A stretch of DNA of 58,163 nt from an uncultured Sphingomonas sp. (GCA_902806275.1 CADCVY010000060.1:1-58163), one strand, 5' to 3'; shown: positions 10,198 through 22,122, numbered from the stretch's first letter. Notes: generated by a model from the sequence alone, not told the origin. Translations and numbers: made by a program.

Positions 10198-11247
10198 TCA
10201 GCCTCTTCCGATCAGCTGCTGCGCCATTGCGTCGGCAACCGCTGCGGGATCGCGGCCGCTGGCGGCGCTTTCGGACCACACCTGCTCCAAGCGGACGGGA
10301 ATGCCCTCGATCCGCTCGCGCACCAGGCTGGCGTCGCCGTCGCCGCAATATTCGGTGCAGACGTTGATGATGCCGCCGGCGTTGATCACGTAATCGGGCG
10401 CGTAGAGAATGCCGCGCGCATGCAGCCGCTCGCCGTCTTCGGGGGTGGCCAGCTGGTTGTTGGCACCGCCCGCGACAACCGGGACCCGGAGCGCGGCGAT
10501 GCTCTGCTCCTCGTGGATCGCGCCCAGCGCGTTCGGACTGAGCACGTCCGCTTCCAGGCTAAGGATCTCGTCCGTCGACACCACCGTGCCGTTGGTGGCT
10601 TCGGCAAGCTTCTGCGCCTTGTCCGCATCGACGTCGGCGATGGACAGCCGCGCCCCTTCGGCGGCAGCGTGCAGGCCGACACCTGTGGCAACGCTGCCGG
10701 CGCCCTGCAAGGCGATGTGCAGCCCCTCAAGGCTGTCTTTGCCAAGCGCCCGGCGTACGGCGGCCTTGATGCCCAGAAACACCCCCAGCGACGTGTGCGG
10801 ACCCGGGTCACCGCCAACGCCGCTGCCTTCCGGCGGCAGGCCGGCCACGAACTTCGTCTGCCGGCGAATCTCGATCATGTCGCTGACGCTCATGCCGACG
10901 TCCTCGGCGGTGACGTAGCGCCCGCCGATCGCTTCGACCGCACGGCCGAACGCCGCCAGATACTCGGGTGACTTTTCCCGCTCGGCCGGCGCCAACAGCA
11001 CCGACTTGCCGCCACCCAGCGGCAGGCCGGCCATGGCGTTCTTGTAGCTCATGCCCCGCGACAGCCGCAGCGCGTCGGTTAGAGCCTCCTGATCGTCAGC
11101 ATAATGCCAGAAACGCGCACCGCCGGCGGCGGGGCCGAGGTGGGTCGAGTGCACGGCGATGATGGCCTTGAGGCCGGTCGCGTCGTCGGTGACGAAAGTC
11201 AGCTGTTCGTGGGCGTCGAAATCAGGCAGGCCCCAGGGCGTCGTCAT
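10198..11247 (-). CDS. Glu/Leu/Phe/Val dehydrogenase (leucine dehydrogenase-like)
   Basis: LRLSRGMSYKNA..GGGKS, TAEDVG, GGANNQL, PDYVINAGG. Confidence 0.9.
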   Translation of the reverse strand: MTTPWGLPDFDAHEQLTFVTDDATGLKAIIAVHSTHLGPAAGGARFWHYADDQEALTDALRLSRGMSYKNAMAGLPLGGGKSVLLAPAEREKSPEYLAAFGRAVEAIGGRYVTAEDVGMSVSDMIEIRRQTKFVAGLPPEGSGVGGDPGPHTSLGVFLGIKAAVRRALGKDSLEGLHIALQGAGSVATGVGLHAAAEGARLSIADVDADKAQKLAEATNGTVVSTDEILSLEADVLSPNALGAIHEEQSIAALRVPVVAGGANNQLATPEDGERLHARGILYAPDYVINAGGIINVCTEYCGDGDASLVRERIEGIPVRLEQVWSESAASGRDPAAVADAMAQQLIGRG

Positions 11248-11290
11248 GGTCGGTGATCGGCTTTCCGCTGAAAGAAGCGTGAGAATGAGA

Positions 11291-11368
11291 TGGGGCGACC
11301 GACGGGACTTGAACCCGCGACCCCTGGTACCACAAACCAGTGCTCTAACCAGCTGAGCTACGATCGCC
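11291..11368 (-). tRNA. tRNA-His (GTG) including encoded G-1
   Basis: Reverse complement (G)GCGATCGTAGCTCAGCTGGTTAGAGCACTGGTTTGTGGTACCAGGGGTCGCGGGTTCAAGTCCCGTCGGTCGCCCCA; GTG anticodon. Confidence 0.95.
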
Positions 11369-11451
11369 GCCGCGCCTGTGGGACGGTTCCCTCAGCCGCG
11401 CGCGCCACTTAGGATTGGAACCCATACAACGCAAGCGAAGGGCCTTCCGGG

Positions 11452-11880
11452 ATGAACCCGACGGTACTGAAGTTCGGCTTCCCCCGAACCCTGATCAGGG
11501 AGCTGGATCATTGGGTTATCCTGCTGCGTCCGGGGCAGGTGACGCTCGGCTCGCTGGTGCTCGCGGCCAAGAGCGAGGCGACGGCTTATCACCAGCTGCC
11601 GCGCGAGGCGTTCACCGAACAAGCGGACGCCGTTGCGCTGATCGAGCGCGCGCTGGCCGGTTTCTCCCGATACGAGCGGATCAACTACCTTATGCTGATG
11701 ATGGTGGACCCCCACGTGCACCTCCACGTGATCCCGCGCTATTCGGAGCCGCGCACGTGGGACGGCCTTGCCTTCCCGGACGCCGGGTGGCCGGCGGCGC
11801 CGCAGCTTGGCAGCGCCGTGCAGCTTTCCGATGCGCAGATTGGCGCGCTACGCGATCAGCTGGCAGGACGCTTGGGCTGA
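11452..11880 (+). CDS. HIT family hydrolase
   Basis: HVHLHVIPR histidine triad. Confidence 0.88.
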   Translation: MNPTVLKFGFPRTLIRELDHWVILLRPGQVTLGSLVLAAKSEATAYHQLPREAFTEQADAVALIERALAGFSRYERINYLMLMMVDPHVHLHVIPRYSEPRTWDGLAFPDAGWPAAPQLGSAVQLSDAQIGALRDQLAGRLG

Positions 11881-11890
11881 CCGGCAGCGG

Positions 11891-11965
11891 TGGTGGGCGC
11901 GGTAGGGATTGAACCTACGACCCCACCCGTGTGAAGGGTGTGCTCTACCACTGAGCTACGCGCCC
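11891..11965 (-). tRNA. tRNA-Val (CAC)
   Basis: Reverse complement GGGCGCGTAGCTCAGTGGTAGAGCACACCCTTCACACGGGTGGGGTCGTAGGTTCAATCCCTACCGCGCCCACCA. Confidence 0.95.
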
Positions 11966-12008
11966 GCCCGGCGAAGGCGCATATAGGCGACCTCGCCGGC
12001 CTGTCCAG

Positions 12009-12281
12009 TTACTGGACCGCGTCTTTCAGCACCTTTCCGGGACGGAACTTGGGCTGCGCGCTGGCCTTGATCTGCATCGGCTCGCCAGTGCGCGGATTGC
12101 GACCCGTCGAGGCCTTGCGGCGAGTGACCGAGAAATTGCCGAAGCCGACCAGCCGGACCTCGTCACCGCGCTTAAGCGTCGACGTGACGACTTCCAGCAT
12201 GGTTTCCACGGCGCGCGCCGCATCGCTGCGGTTCAGCCCGGCGCGATCGGCGACGTGACCAATCAATTCCTGCTTGTTCAT
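12009..12281 (-). CDS. hup: DNA-binding protein HU
   Basis: 90 aa MNKQELI...VGFGNF...GRNPRTGE...PKFRPGKVLKDAV, downstream of lon. Confidence 0.93.
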   Translation of the reverse strand: MNKQELIGHVADRAGLNRSDAARAVETMLEVVTSTLKRGDEVRLVGFGNFSVTRRKASTGRNPRTGEPMQIKASAQPKFRPGKVLKDAVQ

Positions 12282-12370
12282 CCGCCCGGATCTCCCTCGA
12301 TCCTCCGCGCCAGACTCGGGTGCGGAAGCGAGCGCCCTTAAGGCAAGTCTCGGCAGTTGTGTCCAGTGAC

Positions 12371-14770
12371 CTAATGGCGAACCGCAGCAGCAGTGTCCGA
12401 ACTTGGAGCATGCACCGGCGGCTCGGCCGCATGCTCGTCCGCGTCCGTCCACTCGATGGCGACCAGCGGCGCCGCGAGCGCTCTTGCCAGCACCTCGTCG
12501 ACATGGCTGACCGGGACGATTTCCAGCGCTTCTTTCACCGGCGCGGGAATCTCGGCGAGATCCTTTTCGTTATCGGACGGAATCAGCACCGTCGTAATCC
12601 CGCCGCGCAGCGCCGCCAGCAGCTTTTCCTTCAGGCCGCCGATTGGCAGCACCCGTCCGCGCAAGGTCACCTCGCCGGTCATTGCAACATCGCGCTTCAC
12701 CGGCACGCCGGTCAGGGTCGAAATCATCGCCGTCACCATGCCGATGCCCGCCGACGGGCCGTCCTTCGGCACCGCGCCCTCGGGCAAGTGGACGTGAATG
12801 TCCTTGCGGGCGAAGATCGACGGCTTGACTCCGAACGCCGGGGCCCGCGCCTTGACGAAGCTCATTGCCGCCTGGATCGACTCCTGCATCACTTCGCCGA
12901 GTTTGCCGGTGGTCTTGATCTGGCCCTTGCCGGGGACCGTCACGGCTTCGATGGTCAGGAGCTCGCCGCCGACTTCAGTCCAGGCGAGGCCGGTCACGGC
13001 GCCGATCTGGTCCTCTTCCTCGCCCATGCCGTAGCGATACTTCCTGACGCCGAGATATTCGCCGAGGTTCTCGAGCGTCAGCTCCACCCGCTCCAGCTTG
13101 GTCTCGAGAATTTGGCGCAACGACTTGCGGGCGATCTTCGCCAGCTCACGCTCCAGCGTGCGGACTCCGGCTTCCCGAGTGTAGTGGCGCATGATGCCGC
13201 GCAGACCTTCGTCGGTGAAGGTCAACTCCTCCGGCTTGAGGCCGTGGGCGTCCATCTGCTTGGGGATCAGGTGCCGCTTGGCGATCTGCACCTTCTCGTC
13301 CTCGGTGTAGCCTTCAAGGCGGATGATCTCCATTCGGTCGAGCAACGGCTGCGGCATGTCCAGCGAGTTCGCGGTGGTCACGAACATCACGTCCGAGAGG
13401 TCGTAATCCAGCTCCAGATAATGGTCCTGGAACTTGGAGTTCTGCTCGGGATCGAGCACTTCGAGCAGCGCCGACGACGGATCGCCGCGGAAATCCTGGC
13501 CGAGCTTATCGATCTCGTCGAGCAGGAACAGCGGGTTCGACGTGCCAGCCTTCTTCAGGTTCGAGATGATCTTTCCCGGCAGCGAGCCGATGTAGGTGCG
13601 GCGGTGGCCGCGGATCTCGGCTTCGTCGCGCACGCCACCCAGGGACTGGCGGGCGAACTCACGCCCGGTGGCCCGGGCGATCGAGCGGCCGAGCGAGGTC
13701 TTGCCAACGCCCGGAGGTCCGACCAGGCACAGGATCGGCCCCTTGAGCTTGTTGGTGCGCGCCTGCACGGCGAGATATTCAACGATCCGGTCCTTGACCT
13801 TCTCCAGCCCATAATGGTCCTCGTCGAGCACTTGCTGCGCCTCGGCGATGTCCTTCTTGAGCTTGGACTTCTTGCCCCACGGCAGACCGAGCAGAACGTC
13901 GAGATAGTTGCGCGCGACGGTCGCTTCGGCGGACATCGGCGCCATTGCGCGGAGCTTCTTGAGTTCGGCATTGGCGCGGGCGCTCGCCTCCTTGGACAGC
14001 CGCGTCTTGCGGATCTTTTCGGCGAGTTCCTGCAACTCGTCGCCGCCTTCCTCGCTCTCGTTGCCGAGCTCGCGCTGGATCGCCTTCAACTGCTCGTTAA
14101 GGTAATATTCGCGCTGCGTCTTCTCCATCTGCCGCTTGACGCGGCTGCGGATCTTCTTCTCGACCTGGAGCACGCCCAATTCGCCTTCCATGAAGGCGAA
14201 CACCATTTCGAGCCGGCGGGCGGGGTTGAGCTCGGTGAGCAGCGCCTGCTTGTCGGCAACCTTGACCGACAGGTTCGACGCGACCGCGTCGGCAAGCGCC
14301 GACGGGTCCTCGATTTCGGCAAGCTGGATGCCCGTTTCCGGCGGCAGCCGTTTGTTGAGCTTGGCATAATTCTCGAACTGATCGAGAACTGAGCGCATCA
14401 GTGCCTGCGCTTCGGGATTGTCCGCGCTCTCGTCCTCGATCTCCTCGATCTCGGCGACCGTGAACCCGTCCCTGGCGACCAGATTGAGCAGGCGGGCACG
14501 CTTCACGCCTTCGACGAGCACGCGGACCGTGCCGTCCGGCAGCTTGAGCAGCTGCATCGCGGTCGCCACGACGCCAAGGTCGTAAAGCGCGTCGCGATCG
14601 GGATCGTCCTCGCCGGGATCGAGCTGCGCAACCAGGAATAGCTCCTTGTCGGCAGCCATCGCCGACTCCAGCGCCGCGACCGACTTCTCGCGTCCGACAA
14701 ACAGGGGGACGATACGATGGGGGAAAACAACGATGTCACGAAGAGGGAGGATCGGGAGCGAACGAGTCAT
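12371..14770 (-). CDS. lon: ATP-dependent protease La
   Basis: [11 protein letters not shown]-domain, GPPGVGKTS Walker A, PKDGPSAG catalytic Ser; ATG at 14770. Confidence 0.97.
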   Translation of the reverse strand: MTRSLPILPLRDIVVFPHRIVPLFVGREKSVAALESAMAADKELFLVAQLDPGEDDPDRDALYDLGVVATAMQLLKLPDGTVRVLVEGVKRARLLNLVARDGFTVAEIEEIEDESADNPEAQALMRSVLDQFENYAKLNKRLPPETGIQLAEIEDPSALADAVASNLSVKVADKQALLTELNPARRLEMVFAFMEGELGVLQVEKKIRSRVKRQMEKTQREYYLNEQLKAIQRELGNESEEGGDELQELAEKIRKTRLSKEASARANAELKKLRAMAPMSAEATVARNYLDVLLGLPWGKKSKLKKDIAEAQQVLDEDHYGLEKVKDRIVEYLAVQARTNKLKGPILCLVGPPGVGKTSLGRSIARATGREFARQSLGGVRDEAEIRGHRRTYIGSLPGKIISNLKKAGTSNPLFLLDEIDKLGQDFRGDPSSALLEVLDPEQNSKFQDHYLELDYDLSDVMFVTTANSLDMPQPLLDRMEIIRLEGYTEDEKVQIAKRHLIPKQMDAHGLKPEELTFTDEGLRGIMRHYTREAGVRTLERELAKIARKSLRQILETKLERVELTLENLGEYLGVRKYRYGMGEEEDQIGAVTGLAWTEVGGELLTIEAVTVPGKGQIKTTGKLGEVMQESIQAAMSFVKARAPAFGVKPSIFARKDIHVHLPEGAVPKDGPSAGIGMVTAMISTLTGVPVKRDVAMTGEVTLRGRVLPIGGLKEKLLAALRGGITTVLIPSDNEKDLAEIPAPVKEALEIVPVSHVDEVLARALAAPLVAIEWTDADEHAAEPPVHAPSSDTAAAVRH

Positions 14771-14776
14771 GGCGGG

Positions 14777-14806
14777 TATATGGGCGCCCCGCCGGGGCAT
14801 CGCAAC
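14777..14806 (-). promoter_or_regulatory. Putative RpoH-type promoter of lon
   Basis: Minus strand GTTG-N18-CCCATATA, 6 nt before the lon ATG. Confidence 0.5.
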
Positions 14807-14866
14807 AAAGCCCGGGAACATTGGTGGGGACAAGCTCGCTGTAGCGCCGTGCAGGAGGAGGCGCGC

Positions 14867-15079
14867 ATGGCCGAGAGCCGCGAAAAGATTACGACTGGCC
14901 CCAACGAGCGGGCTGTGAACGAGCCGATCGCCGGGACCGGCCCGGGCATCCCGGACGAGGCGCTTGCGCCGGGCGAGGAGTTGCCGGAGCCACCTAGCGA
15001 CGAAGAGGTCGAGAGGGTGGCGCAGGCGCTAGGCGCGCCGACCGCCAACAAGGAAACGCTTCCCCTCGAGGGCAATTGA
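14867..15079 (+). CDS. Small acidic Pro/Glu-rich hypothetical protein
   Basis: Strong RBS (GGAGGAG) before ATG 14867; 70 aa. Confidence 0.65.
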   Translation: MAESREKITTGPNERAVNEPIAGTGPGIPDEALAPGEELPEPPSDEEVERVAQALGAPTANKETLPLEGN

Positions 15080-15131
15080 GCCGAGCGGCGCGCTGAACGG
15101 ACGATTCGGTGTTCGTTCAGCTTCGATCACT

Positions 15132-16577
15132 ATGTATAAGCTTGTGATCATGCGCCATTCCCTCCTCGCCCTCACAGCGGTGACGCTGTCCGGAACCGCT
15201 GCCGCACAATACGGCATGCCTTACCCGCCGATGCCACCGGTGGGCGCTCAAGCGCCCTTGCCGGCGCCGGTGGTCCGCAGCGAGCCGTGGATGGCACCGC
15301 CTCCTGGCGCGCAGGCGCAGCAGCCCTGGCGTGGGTCCGCGCCAGCCGCAAACCGTTCGTCGAAGCTGGAGCCGATCGATCTGCCCCCGGCGATCGAGCA
15401 AGGCGTGGACATGATCTACATCGACCAGGAGCTGGTCCCGCGCGCGGTTCAGAACAACCGCATGCTTCACGAGATCTCGTTCGACGACTGGAGCGGCGCG
15501 CCGGTCGACATGTTCCTGCCGGTCAACCCCATCTACACCGACCTGCGCCGTGGGCTGATGCGCTATCAGCAGCGCTGGGGCGACCTGCCGCAGGTGCCGG
15601 TGCCCGCAGGCGCCGCGCTCAAGACCGGCGCCACGGGTGAGCGGGTTGCGGCTCTGCGCGCCCGGCTCGGGCTAGGAGGCGGCGACAAGTACGACGCCTC
15701 GCTGGCCAACGCGGTCAAGGAATTTCAGTCGGTCCACGGGATCAAGGCAGATGGCCTTGCCGGCGCGGGCACGATCGAGAGCCTCAACCGCGGCGCCGAA
15801 TATTACCAACGGCTGATCATCATCAACATGGAGCGGGCCAAGCGCCTTCCCTCCCCCGAGGAGCAGCGCAAGTACGCGCTGGTCGACTCCGGCGGCGCCC
15901 GGCTGTCCCTGTGGGAAAACGGCCGCATGGTCGACAGCATGAAGGTCGTGGTCGGCAAGGCCGAGACGGCGACCCCGATGATGGCCGCCTACATCCGCTT
16001 CGCCAGCGTCAACCCGTACTGGAACGTGCCGCCCGAACTGGTGCGGGACCTGATCGGCCCGAGGGTTGCCGCCCAGGGCGTCAGCTATCTCACCGAGCGC
16101 GAATATCAGGTGCTCGACAGCTATGGCGAAAACGCGCGCGTGCTTGACCCGAATGCCGTCGACTGGCAGGCAGTGGTGTCCGGGCGCCAGGAGCTGCGCC
16201 TGCGCCGGCTGCCCAGCCCTGCCAACTCCATGGGCATGATGAAGTTCATGCTTCCCAACTACTTCGGCATCTATCTTCATGACTCGCCGGAAAAGGCCCA
16301 CTTCACCAAGAACGAGCTGTGGATCAGCAACGGCTGCGTTCGGGTGGAGGACTACAAGCGGTTCGCGGCTTGGCTATTCAACGGCTCGGTGCCCCGGGGC
16401 AGCAATCCCAAGGTCGAAGAAGAAGTGAACCTGCCCGAGCCGGTGCCGGTGTACATGACCTATCTCACCGTGCAGCCGACCGCATCGGGTGTGCAGTTCC
16501 TCGCCGATCCATATCGCCGCGACGCGCATCTTATGGAGCGCTTCGGGTCGCGGATGATGGCGGCGGCCGGGCGCTAA
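15132..16577 (+). CDS. L,D-transpeptidase (YcbB-like, PG-binding + YkuD domains)
   Basis: Signal peptide, AVKEFQSVHGIKADGLAG PG-binding repeat, NPYWNVP, IYLHDSP...SNGCVR catalytic motif; start may be 15150. Confidence 0.9.
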   Translation: MYKLVIMRHSLLALTAVTLSGTAAAQYGMPYPPMPPVGAQAPLPAPVVRSEPWMAPPPGAQAQQPWRGSAPAANRSSKLEPIDLPPAIEQGVDMIYIDQELVPRAVQNNRMLHEISFDDWSGAPVDMFLPVNPIYTDLRRGLMRYQQRWGDLPQVPVPAGAALKTGATGERVAALRARLGLGGGDKYDASLANAVKEFQSVHGIKADGLAGAGTIESLNRGAEYYQRLIIINMERAKRLPSPEEQRKYALVDSGGARLSLWENGRMVDSMKVVVGKAETATPMMAAYIRFASVNPYWNVPPELVRDLIGPRVAAQGVSYLTEREYQVLDSYGENARVLDPNAVDWQAVVSGRQELRLRRLPSPANSMGMMKFMLPNYFGIYLHDSPEKAHFTKNELWISNGCVRVEDYKRFAAWLFNGSVPRGSNPKVEEEVNLPEPVPVYMTYLTVQPTASGVQFLADPYRRDAHLMERFGSRMMAAAGR

Positions 16578-17086
16578 GCGCCCAACCCCGAATAGACGAG
16601 GGCGGCAGGCACGAAGTTCTGCAGCCCGTGCACCGAAGCGGGAACGGCGAGCGCGGCGAACAGCGAATGCTGCCGCCAGGTGACGTACAGGACCGAGAAC
16701 ACCAGGAACGGCCACCAGATCACCAGGCCCCAGGCGGGAGCCGCGAGCGAGTGGGCTATGCCCCATCCGGCAGAGCTCGCGAGAACCGCGGCAGTCGGCG
16801 GCATGACGCGCAAGAGCCCCGCCAGCGCCGCCGCCATGATCAGGGTCTCGATCACCGGCGCCCCCACCGCGACCAGTACCAGCGCCATCCCGGTCCCGAG
16901 CGGCAATTGCGGCTGCCCGAGATTAGGCAGCAGGGTGGCGACAAGGGCGCTGAGCAGGATGCTTGGGATGAAGGCCGTCAGCCACCCGAGCAGGATGGCG
17001 CGGACCGGCCGAGCGGGCTCCAGCAGCACTCTTGGCAGGACGGTGACCGGTGGCGACCAGCCGCGATCGGCGGACAGCTCCTGCAC
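16574..17086 (-). CDS. CPBP (CAAX/Abi) family intramembrane protease-like protein
   Basis: Multi-TM; APVIE, GIAHS, HGLQN motifs. Confidence 0.65.
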   Translation of the reverse strand: MQELSADRGWSPPVTVLPRVLLEPARPVRAILLGWLTAFIPSILLSALVATLLPNLGQPQLPLGTGMALVLVAVGAPVIETLIMAAALAGLLRVMPPTAAVLASSAGWGIAHSLAAPAWGLVIWWPFLVFSVLYVTWRQHSLFAALAVPASVHGLQNFVPAALVYSGLGA

Positions 17087-17108
17087 TGGTCAGTTCCGGC
17101 TTGGCCGG

Positions 17109-18380
<1,272 letters not shown>

Positions 18381-18545
18381 TCCGGTCCTTGCTCGCGGCC
18401 GCGAACGGCCGTCCTCTCGTGGGGCATGCTAGCCCGCTTTGTCGCACAATCAACTCTGCGGAGTATTAACGCCGCCCTACCGAGGATTGCTCCTTTGATC
18501 TCAACAATATGGATGGGCGGCAAGGCGCAAGCAAGTGCCAGGCGC

Positions 18546-19394
18546 TCAGCCGGTCACCGCCTCGAGAGCTTGGCGCATGGCGGCGTGGAAATCTGAGCGC
18601 GCATAGATGTCGTTGTGCCCCGCCCCGGATATGGTGCGGTCGAACGCAAGGTTGGGGGTACGCTTGCGCAGCGCCTGAGTCCGCAAGGTGGGGATCAGCT
18701 CGTCATGTTCCGCGGCTACAATTGCCACGGGAACTTGGCTCTTCTCCAGCGCAGCCGCCGCGTCGATCTCATGTTGGAAGAACTGGCCGATGGGCAACCA
18801 CGGGTACATCGACTGGGCGACGGACTTCAGCGAGTCGAACGGGGTTACCAGGATCGCGCCGGCGAGCGGGCGGTGGCGGGCCAAGTGGGCGGCGATGCCG
18901 GTGCCGATGCTAAACCCGACCGCCACGACGCGCTTCGGCTCCAGGCGCTTGACGGCGAAATCGTAGATCAGCGGCGCGTCGGCCATCAGCGCTTCCGCCG
19001 AAGGCGCGCCGCTCGACGGCGTGTAGCCGCGGTAATGAAAGGCAACCACATCCTCGTCGGGATACAGGTCGTGCAGGTAGGCCGCAGCATCCTGGGCGTT
19101 CCAGGCGTTGCCGGCAAAGCCCAGGATCAGGGTCGGTGACCCCGCACCCGACGGATCGGCGGGCATGTGGACGCCCGCAAGCGTATCGCCGCCAACCTTG
19201 AGCGACAGGCGCTCGGCCCCCTTCGGCAGGGCGCCGGCACGGGAGACCGCGTGGGTCGGGAAGATCAGCTGGGTCTGGAATTCGAACATAAGGATGGAGG
19301 CGGTGGCCGCGGCAGCGGCGGCCGCGGCTGCGAGCAGGGTAAAACCGAGCCTAGGCGGCGAGCGCCGAGTCGATCGCCGGCGTGACCCGGTCAA
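18546..19394 (-). CDS. Alpha/beta hydrolase (start uncertain)
   Basis: YRGY, GFSIG nucleophile elbow, DELIP, GAGHND. Confidence 0.8.
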   Translation of the reverse strand: MTGSRRRSTRRSPPRLGFTLLAAAAAAAAATASILMFEFQTQLIFPTHAVSRAGALPKGAERLSLKVGGDTLAGVHMPADPSGAGSPTLILGFAGNAWNAQDAAAYLHDLYPDEDVVAFHYRGYTPSSGAPSAEALMADAPLIYDFAVKRLEPKRVVAVGFSIGTGIAAHLARHRPLAGAILVTPFDSLKSVAQSMYPWLPIGQFFQHEIDAAAALEKSQVPVAIVAAEHDELIPTLRTQALRKRTPNLAFDRTISGAGHNDIYARSDFHAAMRQALEAVTG

Positions 19395-19707
19395 CGGTGT
19401 AGGGCTTCTCGATGACTGGAGCGTCGTCGAACTCCGGCGGCGGCGGGTCGACGTGACCGCCCGTCGCGATCACGAACGGCACGTTCCTTTCCCGCAGCAA
19501 GGCGGCGACTGGCCACACATTCTCGCCCTTGAGGTTGACGTCCAGGATCGCGAGATCGAAGCCGCCCTTTTCCACTTCGGCCAGCGCGCACTGAACGCTG
19601 TCGCACGTCCCCCGGACCGTATGGCCGAGCGAGTCAAGGAAATCCTCGAGCATCATTGCTATCAATGGCTCGTCCTCAACAATGAGGATGGAACGCCCCG
19701 CCGTCAT
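19351..19707 (-). CDS. sdrG: Single-domain response regulator, SdrG/MrrA (FATGUY) type
   Basis: ILIVEDEPLIAMMLEDFL...ILDVNL...PFVIATGG...KPY; closely resembles Sphingomonas SdrG as I recall it. Confidence 0.75.
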   Translation of the reverse strand: MTAGRSILIVEDEPLIAMMLEDFLDSLGHTVRGTCDSVQCALAEVEKGGFDLAILDVNLKGENVWPVAALLRERNVPFVIATGGHVDPPPPEFDDAPVIEKPYTVDRVTPAIDSALAA

Positions 19708-19749
19708 TAGTGGAGGGCATAATTGCGCACTGGGGCCGAGGGAAGCAAT

Positions 19750-22122
19750 TTATTTCGCCTCCAGCGAGCGCTTGGCGGCCGCCGCAAGTTCCTGCACCGA
19801 GAACGGCTTGGGCAGGAAGCTGGCGTTCTCGATGTTGATCGACTTGCGCAGCTGTTCTTCGGCATAGCCCGACATGAAGAGGATCTTGAGGTCGGGCCAG
19901 TCCTTGCGGGCTTCGCCGACCATGGTCGGACCGTCCATGCCGGGCATGACCACATCGCTGATCAGCAGGTCGACCACCTGCCCGCCGCGCAGGATCTCCA
20001 GCGCGTCCTCGCCATTGTCGGCCGTAATCACCGTGTAGCCGTGTCGCGACAAGGCCCGCTCGGCGACGCCGCGGACCATCGGCTCGTCCTCGACCAGCAG
20101 CACCGTGCCGCTGCCCCACAGCTCGTTTTCCTTGGGCTTAGGCGCCTTGCGTGGCTTGGTCGCCGACGCCTCTTCGCGATGGACCGGCAGATAGATGACG
20201 AAGCGCGTCCCCTCCCCGACCTTGGAATCGGCGAAGATGAAGCCGCCCGACTGCTTGACGATGCCGTAGACGGTGGACAGGCCGAGCCCCGTGCCCTTGC
20301 CCACTTCCTTGGTGGTGAAGAACGGCTCGAAGACCTTGCCCAGCACCGTCGGTGCGATCCCGCAACCGGTGTCGGTGACCGATAGCGCGCTATAGTCGGC
20401 GATGGGAAGGATGTCGGACCCGAGCTCCGCCACCTGGTCGGACTTTACCAAATAGGTCTGGATCGTCAGGGTGCCGCCGCCCTTGGATGTGATTGCGTCG
20501 CGGGCATTCACCGCCAGGTTGACGATCACCTGCTCGAGTTGGCCCGGATCGGCGCGAACGGGTCCAAGGTTGCGCCCGTGCTTGACTACCAACTCGACCG
20601 TTTCGCCCAGCAGGCGCTTGAGCAGGTGCGATACTTCCGAGACCACATCTGGGAGCTGCAGCACTTGGGGCCGCAACGTCTGCTGGCGCGAAAAGGCGAG
20701 CAGCTGGCGCGTCAGGCCCGCGGCGCGATTGGAATTCGACTTGATCTGCTGGATGTCGTCATAGTCGCTGTCGCCGGGCGTGTGCCGCATCAGCATCAGG
20801 TCGCAGTGGCCGATGATCGCAGTTAAGATATTGTTGAAATCGTGGGCGACACCGCCGGCAAGCTGGCCGACCACCTGCATCTTGGTGGCTTGCGCGACCT
20901 GCCGCTTGAGCTTGGCCTCCTCGCTATTGTCCTTGAGCAGCAGGAGCACGGCAGCATCGCCAAGGTCGCGCAGGCCGGCAATGGTCAGCGCCACCGGGTC
21001 GGACGTCTGCCACGCCAAGCGCACGGCCAGATCGCCCGACATGGCCGGACCACGCGCGTTGCGGCGCACGGCGTCGGCAACCGCCGCCTTGTCTTCCTTG
21101 ACGACCAGGTCCCCAGGATAGACCGGCAGCGCCGCCCCCTTGATCCCGGCCGCATGCCGGAAGGCCTGGTTCATGGTCAGGAAGCGGCCGTCGCGATCGA
21201 CCAACGCCAGGCCGATCGGCAGCACGTCGAGCAATGTCTGGAGATTGGCCGAATTGGCGCCGCTCGGGTCCACGCGATCGAACAGCATCAGCACGCCGGG
21301 CCCGCTTTCGTCGAGCGGGTCGGCCGAGACGTGCACGGCACTCAGGCTGCGGCCGCCTTCCCCTTCGCGCGCCAGGCGCACCTCATGGCCCTCGGCTTGT
21401 TCAACGAAGTCGGTAACAGCCAGGCCTTCCACCTGTTCTCCGCCAACCCGCTCCCGAAACAGGGTGTTAGCCGCGAGCACCCGACCCTCTGAATCGACGA
21501 CCACGGCTAGCACCCCGGCGGCAGCGAGCCGGTCGCCAGCCGGACCGGCAATCCGCTGAGCGCTGCCGGTGAGCGGGTCGGCAGCTTTTTGTTCGGGGAA
21601 GCGCCACAGCAGAAGGTCGCCGGTTGCGCCGGCCCGCTCGACCTCCACCGGCAGTGGCCCGGCAGTCGTCACGACGCCCGCGACACAGCCGGCGCCATCG
21701 CGCCACGCCATGGTGCGGGCGAGTGCCAGCGCGTCCTTGCTGTCGGCGTGCATGCCGAGCTCCAGCGGCTTGGCCGCGCCGAACCGCTCCCGGTAAGCGG
21801 AATTGACCACCAGCAGTGACCCTTCGCTGCTGGTCAATGCCGCTGGCGCGGTGCTCAGGCTGAGCGCCGAACCGACCAGCGCATAGTCCGGGCCGACCGT
21901 TAGTGGTTCGGCCGGGCGCGCCGATGGCGTCGGACGGCGCGCCGTCACTGCCGCGGCAACGATGCTTCCCACAAGCGCTGCGCCTGCGAGCATTGGCCGG
22001 CCGAGTAGAACGAGCACGATCGCAGCGGACAGGCCTGCGCCGGCAACGAGAACGGGCGCGAGCCAGCGTCCCCAGCCGTCGAGCGGCGTCGATTCGATCC
22101 GGGGCAGCTCCTGGTGCAGCAT
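19750..22122 (-). CDS. cckA: Hybrid sensor histidine kinase CckA
   Basis: 2 N-terminal TM, PAS-like regions, GGVAHDFNN H-box, FFTTKEVGKGTGLGL, C-terminal receiver (SDVVMP, FMSGYAE). Confidence 0.88.
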   Translation of the reverse strand: MLHQELPRIESTPLDGWGRWLAPVLVAGAGLSAAIVLVLLGRPMLAGAALVGSIVAAAVTARRPTPSARPAEPLTVGPDYALVGSALSLSTAPAALTSSEGSLLVVNSAYRERFGAAKPLELGMHADSKDALALARTMAWRDGAGCVAGVVTTAGPLPVEVERAGATGDLLLWRFPEQKAADPLTGSAQRIAGPAGDRLAAAGVLAVVVDSEGRVLAANTLFRERVGGEQVEGLAVTDFVEQAEGHEVRLAREGEGGRSLSAVHVSADPLDESGPGVLMLFDRVDPSGANSANLQTLLDVLPIGLALVDRDGRFLTMNQAFRHAAGIKGAALPVYPGDLVVKEDKAAVADAVRRNARGPAMSGDLAVRLAWQTSDPVALTIAGLRDLGDAAVLLLLKDNSEEAKLKRQVAQATKMQVVGQLAGGVAHDFNNILTAIIGHCDLMLMRHTPGDSDYDDIQQIKSNSNRAAGLTRQLLAFSRQQTLRPQVLQLPDVVSEVSHLLKRLLGETVELVVKHGRNLGPVRADPGQLEQVIVNLAVNARDAITSKGGGTLTIQTYLVKSDQVAELGSDILPIADYSALSVTDTGCGIAPTVLGKVFEPFFTTKEVGKGTGLGLSTVYGIVKQSGGFIFADSKVGEGTRFVIYLPVHREEASATKPRKAPKPKENELWGSGTVLLVEDEPMVRGVAERALSRHGYTVITADNGEDALEILRGGQVVDLLISDVVMPGMDGPTMVGEARKDWPDLKILFMSGYAEEQLRKSINIENASFLPKPFSVQELAAAAKRSLEAK

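Noticed and set aside
11291-11965. HIT gene between two tRNAs as an integrated element
   Set aside because: No duplicated tRNA 3' end, no integrase, composition like the host
12320-14392. 690-aa plus-strand ORF
   Set aside because: Antisense shadow of lon; long antisense frames are expected at this GC and codon bias
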